A stretch of 43,166 nucleotides of DNA, taken from assembly GCA_035631775.1 (NCBI GenBank), contig DASQID010000382.1, positions 1-43,166 on the forward strand, written 5' to 3'. The translations under genes were made by a program, and so were the position numbers. The notes beneath the pieces are model-generated. The model was given only the letters and a program-made list of their open reading frames with translations. It was not told where the DNA came from and did not search any database. The stretch's first letter is position 1. Each line of letters opens with the position of its first letter. This stretch comes from Acidobacteriota bacterium. GTDB lineage: Bacteria > Acidobacteriota > UBA6911. Shown here in pieces: positions 27,580 through 37,756 of the stretch.

Positions 27580-30024
27580 ATGACGTCATTCTGGCAAGAC
27601 GTTCGATACAGTCTGCGGATGATCGCGAAGTCGCCGGGGTATGCAACGATCGCGATCCTGACGCTTGCCCTGGGGATTGGCGCGAACACTACGATATTCA
27701 GTTGGATCAACTCGACATTGCTGAATCCGATCCCCGGACTGGCCAGCCCCAGCGAGGTCGTGGCGCTGACGCTGGGAAGAGGCGCAGATATTCCTTTCCC
27801 ATTTACCTATCCTGACTTCGAGGTGATGCGTGACGGCCAGCAAAGTTTTGTGGGAATCACGGCGGCCAATATCACTCCGATGAGCTTGACGGGCAAAGGC
27901 AAACCGGAGCGCGTCTGGGGCATGGTCGTGTCCGCGAATTACTTCGATGTTCTGGGCGTGCGTCCAGTCCCGGGCCGCGGGTTTCTGCCAGGTGAAGATG
28001 AGAAGCCGGGAGGCGCACCGGTGGCCGTGATCAGCCATCGGATGTGGCAGACACGCTTCGGCGCGAATCCGGAAATTGTGGGGCAGACGCTCGAGATCAA
28101 TCGGCATCGATACACGATTGTGGGCGTGACCCCGCCGGTGTTTCAAGGCAGTCAGACGGGGCTGCGATCAGAGATCTGGATTCCGATCATGATGGAAGAG
28201 CAGCTGATGCCGCAGGGTGACCTGATTCATGATCACCACTATTTCTGGCTTGGTGTTCTGGGGCGCTTGAAGCTGGGTGTCGCGCCGGAACAGGCGCAGG
28301 AGGAAATGACGCTGCGGCTGAAGCGGGAGGTGAAAAATTATCCTGAAGAGCACAGAGGTCACGACAGCGTTTCGGTGTCTCCACTATGGCGCAATCCGTT
28401 TGGCGCGAATGCGTTTCTCTCGACGCTTCTGCCGATGCTGATGTCAATCGCGGGGCTGGTACTGCTGCTGGCGTGCGCGAACGTGGCGAATCTGATGTTG
28501 GTGCGGTCGGTGGCGCGTCGGCGCGAGATTGCCGTTCGATTGTCTCTCGGTGCCAGCCGGTGGCGCCTGGTGCGGCAACTTCTGGTGGAAAGCCTCTGCC
28601 TCGCGCTGGCGGGAGGCGCGGTTGCGCTGTTGATCACCTTCTGGACGGCGGGAACTTTTCTAAAATTCCTGCCTGTTACGGATTTTCCGATCTCGCTCAG
28701 CATCCGGGCAGACCGTACAGTGCTGTTAGCCACGCTGGTGATCTCGGTGCTCACCGGGGTGATTTTCGGGATTTTGCCGGCACTGCGGTCTTCGAGCGAA
28801 GCGCCCGTGGTGGTGCTGAAGGAGGACACGGGGAGCGCATCAGGCGGGCTCCGGAAGGCGCGTCTAGCGAGCGGGTTGGTGGTGGCGCAGATTTCGCTGT
28901 CGCTGCTGCTGTTGATCTGCGCAGGATTGCTCATCCGCAGCTTCATGAGCGCGCAGGAAATCAACCCTGGAATCAACCCGCGTAACGTGCTGATCGCTTC
29001 GTACGATCTGTTTACAGCGGGATATTCGAATGAGAGCGGGGCAGAATTCGATCGCCAGCTCGTCACGAGACTGGAATCGCTGCCGGGAATTCAGTCTGTG
29101 GCCCTCTCCAGCCGCGTGCCGCTGGGATTCGGCGGCGGATCGACGAGTGTGAAACCGGAAGGCTACGAATCGCAGGCGCACGAATCTATGGAAACGCAGG
29201 TGGCCATCATTACACCGAATTACTTCAAGACCATGGAGCTTCCAATTGTGAAGGGGCGCGACTTCACGCTGCAGGACACGGCGAGGTCGCAGCGGGTGGT
29301 GATCGTCAGCGAAACCTTTGCAAATCGCTACTGGCCGAATCAGGAAGCAGTGGGCAAGCAGCTCAACTCCGACCTGACACACGAATGGTTTTCCGTGGTG
29401 GGTGTCGCCCGCGACAGCAAAGTGAACGGCTTGAATGAAAAGCCAACGCCATTCCTGTATCTGCCGCTGTACCAGGTGTACCGCGCCGCCATGATCGTCA
29501 CTGCGCGAACCACAGGAGATCCGCTCGCCTTCGGCAAAGCGGTCGAACAGACGTTTCATGAGCTAAATGCCGACCTCGTTGTGTTCGATGTGACTACGCT
29601 CGAATTGCGCGAGCAAATAGCCAGCTTTGGCCAACGCGTAGCGGGAACATTTGTGGGCGCTTTCGGGCTGCTCGCACTCGTTCTGGCAGCGGTGGGAATT
29701 TACGGTGTCACAGCCTACACCACGCGGCAGCGGACGCTTGAAATCGGGATCCGCATGGCGCTGGGCGCAGGCAAGCAGGACATTCTGCGGCTGGTGCTTG
29801 GGCATGGCTTGTTCTTGACCCTGCTTGGCGTAGGCTTGGGCCTGGGAGTCTCATTTGCACTGACGCGGTACCTGGGGAGCCTGCTGCTGGGAGTGACGAG
29901 CACCGACGCGCTGACGTTTTCGACCGTCGCGATCTTGCTCTGCGCCGTGGCTCTCTTCGCATGCTTCATCCCCGCGCGCCGTGCGATGCGTGTGGAGCCG
30001 ATGGCCGCGCTGCGCTACCAGTAG
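27580..30024 (+). CDS. ADOP-family (MacB/FtsX-like) duplicated ABC transporter permease, second paralog
   Basis: 814 aa. MTSFWQDVRYSLRMIAKSPGYATIAILTLALGIGANTTIFS. Two FtsX modules (LLLACANVANLMLVRSVARRREIAVRLSLGASRWRLVRQ and TRQRTLEIGIRMALGAGKQDILRLV). Ends ARRAMRVEPMAALRYQ. No intact PadR gene lies upstream. Confidence 0.9.
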   Translation: MTSFWQDVRYSLRMIAKSPGYATIAILTLALGIGANTTIFSWINSTLLNPIPGLASPSEVVALTLGRGADIPFPFTYPDFEVMRDGQQSFVGITAANITPMSLTGKGKPERVWGMVVSANYFDVLGVRPVPGRGFLPGEDEKPGGAPVAVISHRMWQTRFGANPEIVGQTLEINRHRYTIVGVTPPVFQGSQTGLRSEIWIPIMMEEQLMPQGDLIHDHHYFWLGVLGRLKLGVAPEQAQEEMTLRLKREVKNYPEEHRGHDSVSVSPLWRNPFGANAFLSTLLPMLMSIAGLVLLLACANVANLMLVRSVARRREIAVRLSLGASRWRLVRQLLVESLCLALAGGAVALLITFWTAGTFLKFLPVTDFPISLSIRADRTVLLATLVISVLTGVIFGILPALRSSSEAPVVVLKEDTGSASGGLRKARLASGLVVAQISLSLLLLICAGLLIRSFMSAQEINPGINPRNVLIASYDLFTAGYSNESGAEFDRQLVTRLESLPGIQSVALSSRVPLGFGGGSTSVKPEGYESQAHESMETQVAIITPNYFKTMELPIVKGRDFTLQDTARSQRVVIVSETFANRYWPNQEAVGKQLNSDLTHEWFSVVGVARDSKVNGLNEKPTPFLYLPLYQVYRAAMIVTARTTGDPLAFGKAVEQTFHELNADLVVFDVTTLELREQIASFGQRVAGTFVGAFGLLALVLAAVGIYGVTAYTTRQRTLEIGIRMALGAGKQDILRLVLGHGLFLTLLGVGLGLGVSFALTRYLGSLLLGVTSTDALTFSTVAILLCAVALFACFIPARRAMRVEPMAALRYQ

Positions 30025-30262
30025 GCGCCACGACTCGATCTCCGACCTCGGGCTTTTTCCGGCAACCGCTGCTTCCGCGTGAAGAACGCCCGTCAGTTGC
30101 ACATTCCCACGCGCCCCCCAGGTGATTGATCCATTCCCGTTGAGGCATCTCCGATTTCGCCCGGCAGTGCCGCTCTGATAAACTTATCCTTGAGGGAGCT
30201 CGGGTAACCTTTGTGAAAGTGACAGGTACACAGGCGTTCATTCCTCGCAGCAGAGTTGTGCC

Positions 30263-32284
30263 ATGTCATTCGATCAGGCAAATCAGGTGTGGGAAGGTGT
30301 GAAATTAGTTGACAGGCCTGCCCCCACAGCCTGGTTTCCGAATGCGGATACGCGTTCTCGTTCACAGCTTGCGAAATTCATACAGTCTTGCGGCATTGAC
30401 TCCTACCATGCACTCTACGAAAGATCCATCGCGGATGTGCCCTGGTTTACCGGCCAGGTTTTAGACTTCCTCGGAATACGATTTGACCCTCCTTACCAGA
30501 AGGTCCTGGATCTCTCACGCGGGATTCAGTGGCCCCTCTGGTGCACACAGGGGGGCCTGAACATCACCCGGTGCTGTATGGATCGCCATGCGCGAACCAC
30601 GCTCGGGACTTCTCCTGCAGTGGTGTGGGAGGGGGAAGAAGGGGTCTCGAAAGTCTGGACTTATTGCGAGCTGTTGGAGTCGGTCGAGAGGTGTGCCGCC
30701 GGGCTGCGTGCCATCGGTCTGGCGCGGGGTGACAGGGTTGGACTTCATCTGCCCATGATGCCCGAAACCGTGGCCGCATTGCTGGCTGTTGCCAGAATCG
30801 GCGCTGTAGCAGTCCCTCTTTTTTCCGGATATGGCCCGGCCGCCATTGAATCGCGACTCAGGGACGTGGGCGCCAAGGGGATCGTCACCTGCGATGCCTT
30901 TACGCGGCGCGGTGTCGTTACCGCTGCGAAGGAAATCGTAGACGAGGCGTTGGAGCGGTGTCCGAGCATCCGGAGCGTTGTCGTGGTGCCCCGCTTGGGA
31001 GTCGCTGTCCCGATGCAGCGCCGCCGTGACATCGGATGGTACGACCTGCTCGAGCTGGGAGCCGCCGCCGGTGCGGAGGCGAGGGCCGCCGAGTCAACCG
31101 GCGCGGAAGATCCGCTGATTATCCTCTACAGCTCAGGAACGACCGGGCAGCCGAAAGGGATCGTTCATTCGCATTGTGGCTTTCCTGTAAAGGCAGCTCA
31201 GGATATGGCGTTCGGCACTGACGTGAGGCCCGGTGATCGTGTCACATGGATCACCGATCTCGGATGGATGATGGGGCCTTGGCTCATCTATGGAGCAACT
31301 CTCCTCGGTGCCACCATCGCGATCTACGATGGTGCACCCGACTATCCTGCGCCGGACCGGCTCTGGGCCTTCTGCGCCGCTCATCGGATCGGCATTCTTG
31401 GCGTCTCGCCGACTTTGGCACGCATCATGGCCGCCCACGGCGTCGAGCCGAGGACCGGTCATGATCTGTCCGAACTGAGAATTCTTGCCTCGACCGGCGA
31501 GCCGTGGGATCCCGAAACATGGTCGTGGTTGTTTGAAAAGCTCGGCGCAAATCTCCCGATCATCAACTATTCGGGCGGCACTGAGATTTCAGGTGGGATC
31601 CTGATGGGAAATCCGCTCTTGCCTATAAAGCCCTGCTCGTTTTCAGGACCTTGCCCCGGCATCGCTGCAGATGTCGTTGATGAGTCGGGACGTTCCATCC
31701 GGGGTCAGGTGGGTGAACTCATTATCCGTCGGCCGTGGATCGGGATGGCCCGGGGGTTTTGGGGAGATCCGCAGCGCTATCTTAATACCTATTGGTCGCG
31801 CTGGCCGGATGTATGGCACCACGGAGACTGGGCACGCGTCGATGGCGACGGGTATTGGCACATCCTCGGGCGAAGCGATGACACCATCAAAGTGGCAGGC
31901 AGGCGCGTCGGGCCTGCCGAGATCGAGGCCATATTGCTGTCCCATCACGGCGTGGCGGAAGCCGCCGTCGTGGGCATACCCGACGAAATCAAGGGTAACT
32001 CGCCAGTGGCTTTTTGCGTGCCTGCCCCGGGGACGGCAACCGGTCCGGCCTTCAGCGACGAACTGCGCCGACGGGTAGCAGATGCGCTCGGCAAGCCAAT
32101 GCGTCCCGACAAGGTCCTGTTCGTTCCTGCGTTGCCTCGAACGCGAAACTCAAAGATCATGCGGCGCGTTATTCGCGGCGCCTACCTGAACCAGGACGTA
32201 GGAAACATTGCGGCACTCGAGAATCCCGAGTCTGTCGAGGCGATACGTCTACTTGCGCCGGATCGCGCACCTGGGAAGGAGTGA
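30263..32284 (+). CDS. AMP-dependent synthetase/ligase of the acetyl-/acetoacetyl-CoA synthetase type
   Basis: 673 aa. ACS-type N-terminal region, AMP-binding motif [16 protein letters not shown], then [39 protein letters not shown] and the C-terminal lysine context [11 protein letters not shown]. The stop is 6 nt before hppD. Confidence 0.85.
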   Translation: MSFDQANQVWEGVKLVDRPAPTAWFPNADTRSRSQLAKFIQSCGIDSYHALYERSIADVPWFTGQVLDFLGIRFDPPYQKVLDLSRGIQWPLWCTQGGLNITRCCMDRHARTTLGTSPAVVWEGEEGVSKVWTYCELLESVERCAAGLRAIGLARGDRVGLHLPMMPETVAALLAVARIGAVAVPLFSGYGPAAIESRLRDVGAKGIVTCDAFTRRGVVTAAKEIVDEALERCPSIRSVVVVPRLGVAVPMQRRRDIGWYDLLELGAAAGAEARAAESTGAEDPLIILYSSGTTGQPKGIVHSHCGFPVKAAQDMAFGTDVRPGDRVTWITDLGWMMGPWLIYGATLLGATIAIYDGAPDYPAPDRLWAFCAAHRIGILGVSPTLARIMAAHGVEPRTGHDLSELRILASTGEPWDPETWSWLFEKLGANLPIINYSGGTEISGGILMGNPLLPIKPCSFSGPCPGIAADVVDESGRSIRGQVGELIIRRPWIGMARGFWGDPQRYLNTYWSRWPDVWHHGDWARVDGDGYWHILGRSDDTIKVAGRRVGPAEIEAILLSHHGVAEAAVVGIPDEIKGNSPVAFCVPAPGTATGPAFSDELRRRVADALGKPMRPDKVLFVPALPRTRNSKIMRRVIRGAYLNQDVGNIAALENPESVEAIRLLAPDRAPGKE

Positions 32285-32290
32285 CTGACG

Positions 32291-33379
32291 ATGGAAGAAA
32301 ACCCTCTCGGACTCCGTGGAATTCATCACATCGAGTTCTGTGTCGGCAATGCGAAACAGGCATGCTACTACTATCGTAATGCGTTGGGCTTCTCTCAGCG
32401 CGCTTATGCGGGTCTGGAAACCGGCGAACGCACGCGCACTTCGTATGTGCTTCAACAGGGAGAAGCCACGTTTGTCCTTACCACCCCTCTTCGCCCCGAC
32501 GACATGATGAGCGAGCACATCAGAAGGCATGGCGACGGCGTGCGCGACATTGCATTCGAGGTCTCAGACGCCGATCTGGCCTTCGCGCGAGCCGTGGCCC
32601 GCGGAGCACAACCAGCCGTGGAGCCGCGAACCCTGGAGGATCGATGGGGCAAGGTCCGGCACGCGGCCATTTGCACCTACGGCGATACCATCCACTCGTT
32701 TATCTCGACCAACGGCTACGACGGTCCCTTCCTGCCCGGCTTTGATGCCGCGCAACAGTCCGGCAAGGGTGCCGGCCTGCTGCGGATCGATCACCTGGTT
32801 GGGAATGTGGAACTGGGAAAAATGAACTGCTGGGCCGAGTGGTACAGCCGGGTCTGCGGCTTTCGTCGATACATGAGCTTCGACGACAAGGACATCTCGA
32901 CCGAGTACAGCGCCCTGATGAGCATCGTGATGTCCAATGACTCGACAGCAATCAAGATGCCCATCAACGAGCCCGCCCCAGGCCTCCGCAAGAGCCAGAT
33001 CGAGGAATACCTCGAGTTTTACCAGGGAGCCGGAGTGCAGCATATCGCGCTGATGACTGCGAACATCATCGATACCGTCGAAACCTTAGGGGCCAACGGA
33101 ATCGAGTTCCTCGAAGTGCCGCCCAGTTACTACGAAGCTCTCCGCAAGCGCGTGGGCGACATTGACGAGGATGTCCAAAGGATACGTAATCTCGGGATCC
33201 TGGTGGACCGGGACGACGAGGGTTACCTGCTGCAGATCTTTACCAAGCCCGCCGAAGACCGCCCTACTCTGTTCTTCGAGATCATCCAGCGGAAGGGCAG
33301 CCGAGGCTTCGGTAAGGGGAATTTCAAGGCATTGTTTGAGGCTATCGAACGCGAGCAGGGGCGGCGGGGTAACCTGTAA
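32291..33379 (+). CDS. hppD: 4-hydroxyphenylpyruvate dioxygenase
   Basis: 362 aa. [34 protein letters not shown], and the diagnostic C-terminus [48 protein letters not shown]. Confidence 0.92.
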   Translation: MEENPLGLRGIHHIEFCVGNAKQACYYYRNALGFSQRAYAGLETGERTRTSYVLQQGEATFVLTTPLRPDDMMSEHIRRHGDGVRDIAFEVSDADLAFARAVARGAQPAVEPRTLEDRWGKVRHAAICTYGDTIHSFISTNGYDGPFLPGFDAAQQSGKGAGLLRIDHLVGNVELGKMNCWAEWYSRVCGFRRYMSFDDKDISTEYSALMSIVMSNDSTAIKMPINEPAPGLRKSQIEEYLEFYQGAGVQHIALMTANIIDTVETLGANGIEFLEVPPSYYEALRKRVGDIDEDVQRIRNLGILVDRDDEGYLLQIFTKPAEDRPTLFFEIIQRKGSRGFGKGNFKALFEAIEREQGRRGNL

Positions 33380-33397
33380 AGAACTGAGGTGCGGCAG

Positions 33398-34561
33398 ATG
33401 CCGATCTATCATCACGCAGGCCAGGTGCCACGAAAGCGCCACATGGTATTCCGTCAGCCCGATGGTGCCCTCTACGCGGAAGAACTCATTGGGAACAAGG
33501 GGTTCACCGGCCCATCCTCATTGCTTTACCACCTGAACCGTCCGACTTCCGTAATCAGCGTCAGGCATTTTCGCGAATTGAAATGGGATCCGGAGCCGGA
33601 TCCGACCGCCAGACACCGCCACTTCAGGACGCACCAACTCCCGCAGGTTCCAAGCCCAACCCTGGATCGGATTCCGATCATGAGCAACCAAGATGTGACT
33701 TTGTTCTTCGTGCAGCCGCAGCGGGAGGATGAACACTTTTATCGCAGCGGTCAAGGTGACGAATTGATATTTGTGAGCAACGGGACCGGCGTCCTCGAAA
33801 CGCAAATGGGCGACCTGCCCTTCCGTCGAGGTGATTATCTCCTCGTCCCCAGAGGCATCCTGCACCGCTTCAAATTCACTTCCCACCCCCTACGGTTTCT
33901 CGTGATCGAAAGCGCGGGCTATCTTCGCACGCCGGCGCGTTACCGGAACGAACACGGACAGTTGCTCGAGATCAGTCCTTACTGCGAACGAGACATTCGC
34001 GCTCCGGAGAATGTGACCGCCCGCGACCAAAAGGGGGAGTTCCGCATCCTTGTCAAGAAAAACAACTGTCTGACCGAAATGATGCTGGATCACCACCCCT
34101 TCGATGTCGTCGGATGGGACGGATATTACTACCCGTGGGCTCTGAATATTGAGGACTTCGAGCCCAGGGTGGGGCGTTTCCATTTGCCGCCGCCCGTGCA
34201 TCAAACCTTCGAGGGTGATGGATTTGTGGTCTGCTCGTTTTGTCCCCGCCCCTTCGACTTTGACCCCGGCGCCATCCCCGCGCCGTACGCCCATTCGAAT
34301 GTCATGGCGGACGAAGTGATTTACTACGCAAACTCGGAGTTCATGAGTCGGAAGGGGATTGAATTGGGTTCGATTACCCTACACCCCGACGGGCTGCCGC
34401 ACGGGCCGCACCCCGGCCGGGCGGAGGAATCCATCGGCAAGAAATCGACAGGCGAACTCGCGGTTATGATCGATACCTATCGGTCGCTCCAGGTCGGAAG
34501 GGCGGCCCTGGACGTTGAGGACAAGGAGTACTGCCTTTCCTGGGGGGAGGGGGCCAATTGA
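33398..34561 (+). CDS. hmgA: Homogentisate 1,2-dioxygenase (short ~390-aa type)
   Basis: The ORF track starts at GTG 33389; ATG 33398 has TGAGGTG 6 nt upstream. MPIYHHAGQVPRKRHMVFRQPDGALYAEELIGNKGFTGPSSLLYH matches the short-form HGD N-terminus. Cupin core and ...HPDGLPHGPHPG are present. Confidence 0.9.
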   Translation: MPIYHHAGQVPRKRHMVFRQPDGALYAEELIGNKGFTGPSSLLYHLNRPTSVISVRHFRELKWDPEPDPTARHRHFRTHQLPQVPSPTLDRIPIMSNQDVTLFFVQPQREDEHFYRSGQGDELIFVSNGTGVLETQMGDLPFRRGDYLLVPRGILHRFKFTSHPLRFLVIESAGYLRTPARYRNEHGQLLEISPYCERDIRAPENVTARDQKGEFRILVKKNNCLTEMMLDHHPFDVVGWDGYYYPWALNIEDFEPRVGRFHLPPPVHQTFEGDGFVVCSFCPRPFDFDPGAIPAPYAHSNVMADEVIYYANSEFMSRKGIELGSITLHPDGLPHGPHPGRAEESIGKKSTGELAVMIDTYRSLQVGRAALDVEDKEYCLSWGEGAN

Positions 34562-35460
34562 ACTCGATGCGCATCCTCTTGGACTCGTCGATAGACTATG
34601 CAGGGCTGTTCCCACCTGCCGGCCTGAGTATGACCGACGCCGTCGGCAACTACGCAGCCTCTCAACGCAGTTCACAGTCGTGGGCACTAGGCCGGTTTGT
34701 TCTACCGGTGTCGCGCCTGGATGAATTGGAACTCGCAGCAAGAGAAGTCTTGCCCCGAGGCACGAGAGCGGTACCCTGGCGGTTGAGTGCGGTCGCCGGC
34801 TTCGAGAACCAGGCGGATCTGGGGCTCATTCCGGCCTTCAACAAGCGACACTCGGCGAATGCAGGCGACGGCGCAGCCGTCATCGACGCTGTCGAACTGA
34901 AGGTGAGGAGCGCTGAGGAAATCCGTAGCATCACGGATGTCACCGCGGGGAGCTTCGCAACGTATCTCGAGGTCCCACTCTCTGATGGTACTCCTGCGCT
35001 CATTCTGTCCATCGCCGAGGCCGGTGTCCGGGCCAAGGTGCGTACCGGCGGGCCGACCCCGGATCAGTTCCCCGCACCCATGGAATTGGCCAGGTTTATC
35101 CTCAGTTGCACCCAAGCCCGTGTCCCTTTCAAGGCCACAGCCGGGCTGCATCATCCGTTCCGCGCCGTCCATCACCTGAACGACAATCCCGCGAGTCCTT
35201 CAGCAACGATGCATGGCTTCCTGAACGTCTTGCTGGCCGCCTGTTTTGCCCGTACGGGTTCGGGCATCGACATCGTCGAGGCGGTGCTGAAAGACCAGGC
35301 TGCCGATTCCTTCAGATTCGGTGCGGATGGGGTTTCGTGGCGCACGCACAGGCTGACCAATGATCATTTGCTTGGTGCGAGGCGGGAATCGGCTCAATCT
35401 TTCGGCTCCTGTTCCTTTCATGAGCCCATCGGCGATCTCAGGTCTCTCAATCTGTTATGA
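34558..35460 (+). CDS. Hypothetical protein, embedded in the homogentisate operon (candidate missing pathway step)
   Basis: 300 aa. TTG 34558 (GGAGGGGG 5 nt upstream) overlaps the hmgA stop; an alternative ATG is at 34567. The stop overlaps the fahA start (ATGA 35457-35460). No recognisable family. Conserved-looking segments: DYAGLFPPAGL, RAKVRTGGPTPDQFP, FKATAGLHHPFR. Confidence 0.8.
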   Translation: MNSMRILLDSSIDYAGLFPPAGLSMTDAVGNYAASQRSSQSWALGRFVLPVSRLDELELAAREVLPRGTRAVPWRLSAVAGFENQADLGLIPAFNKRHSANAGDGAAVIDAVELKVRSAEEIRSITDVTAGSFATYLEVPLSDGTPALILSIAEAGVRAKVRTGGPTPDQFPAPMELARFILSCTQARVPFKATAGLHHPFRAVHHLNDNPASPSATMHGFLNVLLAACFARTGSGIDIVEAVLKDQAADSFRFGADGVSWRTHRLTNDHLLGARRESAQSFGSCSFHEPIGDLRSLNLL

Positions 35461-36773
35461 ACAGCCTCATCAACGAAACCCATGATCCCGATCTCAAGAG
35501 CCTGATTGAGGCAGCGAACGATCCGGAGTCGGATTTTCCGATCCAGAATCTCCCACTCGGTGTTTTCAAGCCCCGGGGAACCGAAAGCCCGCCTCATGTC
35601 GGAGTAGCCATTGGGGATCTCATTCTGGATTTGGCCCTCTGCGGGAACGGGGGGCTGCTGGATGGCCTCTCCAGCCAACTGATTAGCGCATGTGCGGCCG
35701 ATTCGCTCAAAGCGCTGATGTCCCTTGGGCCGGAATCCTGGTCTTCCCTGCGCAGACGGGTCAGCGGTCTTCTCCGGGCCGGGGATGAGCGGAGCCACAG
35801 AGGCCGAATCCATGCCTCGCTCGTGCCCATGAGCGAGGCGGAGATGATGATGCCCGCCGTCATCGGCGACTACACCGATTTTTACGCGTCGATTTATCAC
35901 GCGCAGAACGTCGGCAGCTTGTTCCGACCGGATAATCCCTTGTTGCCAAACTACAAGCATGTCCCAATCGGATACCACGGCCGCGCCTCATCGATCGTAA
36001 TCAGCGGCACCCCGGTGCGCAGGCCGTGCGGGCAGATCGAGGGTGCGGATTCCGTTCCTGAATTCAGCCCCACCCGCATGCTGGATTATGAACTGGAAGT
36101 GGGCTTTTTCATCGGACCAGGCAATTCCTTGGGCGTCCCAATTGCGATTTCGGATGCAGAGGCACACCTCTTCGGCCTGTGTCTGGTAAACGACTGGTCG
36201 GCCCGCGATATCCAAAAGTGGGAGTACCAGCCGCTCGGCCCGTTCCTGGGTAAGAGTTTTGCAACGACGATCTCACCGTGGATCGTTTCTGTTGAGGCTC
36301 TTGCGCCCTACCGTGTGCCGGCGTTTGCGAGGTCTCCGGGTGACCCCACCCCGTTGCCCTACTTGAAGGATGAGCAGGGCCCGGTACGCGGCGGCATCGA
36401 TCTCAGAGTGGAGGCGCTGCTTATCTCTCAACAGATGCGGTCGCAGCGTTGCAGACCTATGCTCCTCAGCCGGGGTAATCTCCGGGACTTGTATTGGACG
36501 CCGAGTCAACTCCTGACCCATCATGCGAGCAACGGCTGTAACCTCCGGCCGGGTGATCTTCTGGCGAGCGGAACCATATCCGGCGCGTCCGAGGACGCCC
36601 GCGGGTGTCTCCTGGAATTGACCAGACGCGGCGCCCGCCCTCTCGAGTTGCCCGGTGGCGAGACTAGGCGGTTCTTGGAGAACGGTGACGAGGTCATCTT
36701 CCGCGCCTTTGCGGAGCGAGAGGGTTTTGTCAGGATCGGCCTGGGTGAGTGTCGTGGAATGGTGATTGGATAA
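35457..36773 (+). CDS. fahA: Fumarylacetoacetase (eukaryote-type FAH)
   Basis: 438 aa. N-terminal FAH_N-type region (FPIQNLPLGVF), DYTDFYASIYHAQNVGSLFRPDNPLLPNYKHVPIGYHGRASSIVISGTPVRRPCGQ, YELEVGFFIG, NDWSARDIQKWEYQPLGPF, GDLLASGT. Confidence 0.92.
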   Translation: MNSLINETHDPDLKSLIEAANDPESDFPIQNLPLGVFKPRGTESPPHVGVAIGDLILDLALCGNGGLLDGLSSQLISACAADSLKALMSLGPESWSSLRRRVSGLLRAGDERSHRGRIHASLVPMSEAEMMMPAVIGDYTDFYASIYHAQNVGSLFRPDNPLLPNYKHVPIGYHGRASSIVISGTPVRRPCGQIEGADSVPEFSPTRMLDYELEVGFFIGPGNSLGVPIAISDAEAHLFGLCLVNDWSARDIQKWEYQPLGPFLGKSFATTISPWIVSVEALAPYRVPAFARSPGDPTPLPYLKDEQGPVRGGIDLRVEALLISQQMRSQRCRPMLLSRGNLRDLYWTPSQLLTHHASNGCNLRPGDLLASGTISGASEDARGCLLELTRRGARPLELPGGETRRFLENGDEVIFRAFAEREGFVRIGLGECRGMVIG

Positions 36774-36838
36774 TGATGATCCTGGGTACTTCATGGTCTT
36801 CTTCATGAATGGAATTATTCAGCTTGGGAGGTGGATCT

Positions 36839-37756
36839 ATGACTAAGACGTTCACTGGGCAAATAGGGGAGGAGACTCGCGCTCGTCTCCAGTCAAGCTC
36901 TTACCCCGCGGCAGACGTGGACAGGTATTGCCGCCTGGTTGAGCGGATCGAGCGGGAAATCCTGCCACACGAAGTCATCGTCAACAATCGGTTCACAAAG
37001 TGGTTTGAGCAAGGCAGTTTCGATCTGGCCGACTTGCGGCATTTCGTGACCCAGTTCTCCGTATTCTCGAACTTCTTTATCGTTGCACAGCTGCTGAAGA
37101 CGATAAATGCTCCAACTTTGGAGGCGATGCATGCGTCGAAGGAGATCCTGATGAACGAGCTCGGAGTCTCGTTCCACAAAACCCGCGGACACGCGACAGA
37201 TGACGGGAAGGCAACTGCGGACGTGGAGAAGATTTTCGAGTTCGAGGGGACAGTGGATGGGTCGGTATTCCGTTTCTCCGCAGCTCACTTTGAATGGCTT
37301 CTGCAAATGGGTGACCATTTGGGACTAAAATTCAAGGACCTGGGCAAGAGGAGGCACGGAACGAAAAGCACCTTGTTCTTCACGGACGAACTTGCCAGGA
37401 TCTATGGCTCCGAGGACACCAGCGTCGCCCTCGGGGCGAGCTTCGCGGTAGAAAACTGGGCAGCGGCCGGCTTCTGGAAAGAGCTGATCCGCGGCCTTCA
37501 GATTTTTAGGAAACGGGAGCTGCCCGGGTTGCCTCTTGGTTTCTTCACCTGGCACGACATGGTTGAGGACCAACACGCTCAACATACATGGGACGAGCTG
37601 GAAGAAGAGTTCTTTGCCAGCGAAGAGGTCGACGAAGACAAGTTCATCGAAGGTGGCGTCGGGATGTTGGATGGAGTGTTGGTTTTCTGGGATGGCCTCA
37701 ACTCAGACCGGCTCAGCCGGGAAACCGGTGTCGGACCGACGCAAATCCATACTTAG
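36839..37756 (+). CDS. Heme-oxygenase-like fold protein (iron-containing redox enzyme / TenA-PqqC-CADD-like), function unknown
   Basis: ORF 36809-37756; the start is ATG 36839 (GGGAGGTGG upstream, MTKTF). NNRFTKWFEQGSFDLADLRHFVTQFSVFSNFFIVAQL...ILMNELGV, and later FAVENWAA and WHDMVEDQHAQH (E..H type metal-ligand-like spacing). The stop codon TAG lies at the junction with a family-A element. Confidence 0.7.
   Translation: MTKTFTGQIGEETRARLQSSSYPAADVDRYCRLVERIEREILPHEVIVNNRFTKWFEQGSFDLADLRHFVTQFSVFSNFFIVAQLLKTINAPTLEAMHASKEILMNELGVSFHKTRGHATDDGKATADVEKIFEFEGTVDGSVFRFSAAHFEWLLQMGDHLGLKFKDLGKRRHGTKSTLFFTDELARIYGSEDTSVALGASFAVENWAAAGFWKELIRGLQIFRKRELPGLPLGFFTWHDMVEDQHAQHTWDELEEEFFASEEVDEDKFIEGGVGMLDGVLVFWDGLNSDRLSRETGVGPTQIHT

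Noticed and set aside
34365-34385. GGGTTCGATTACCC, a T-loop-like tRNA motif.
   Set aside because: It lies inside the well-supported hmgA coding frame, with no surrounding cloverleaf.
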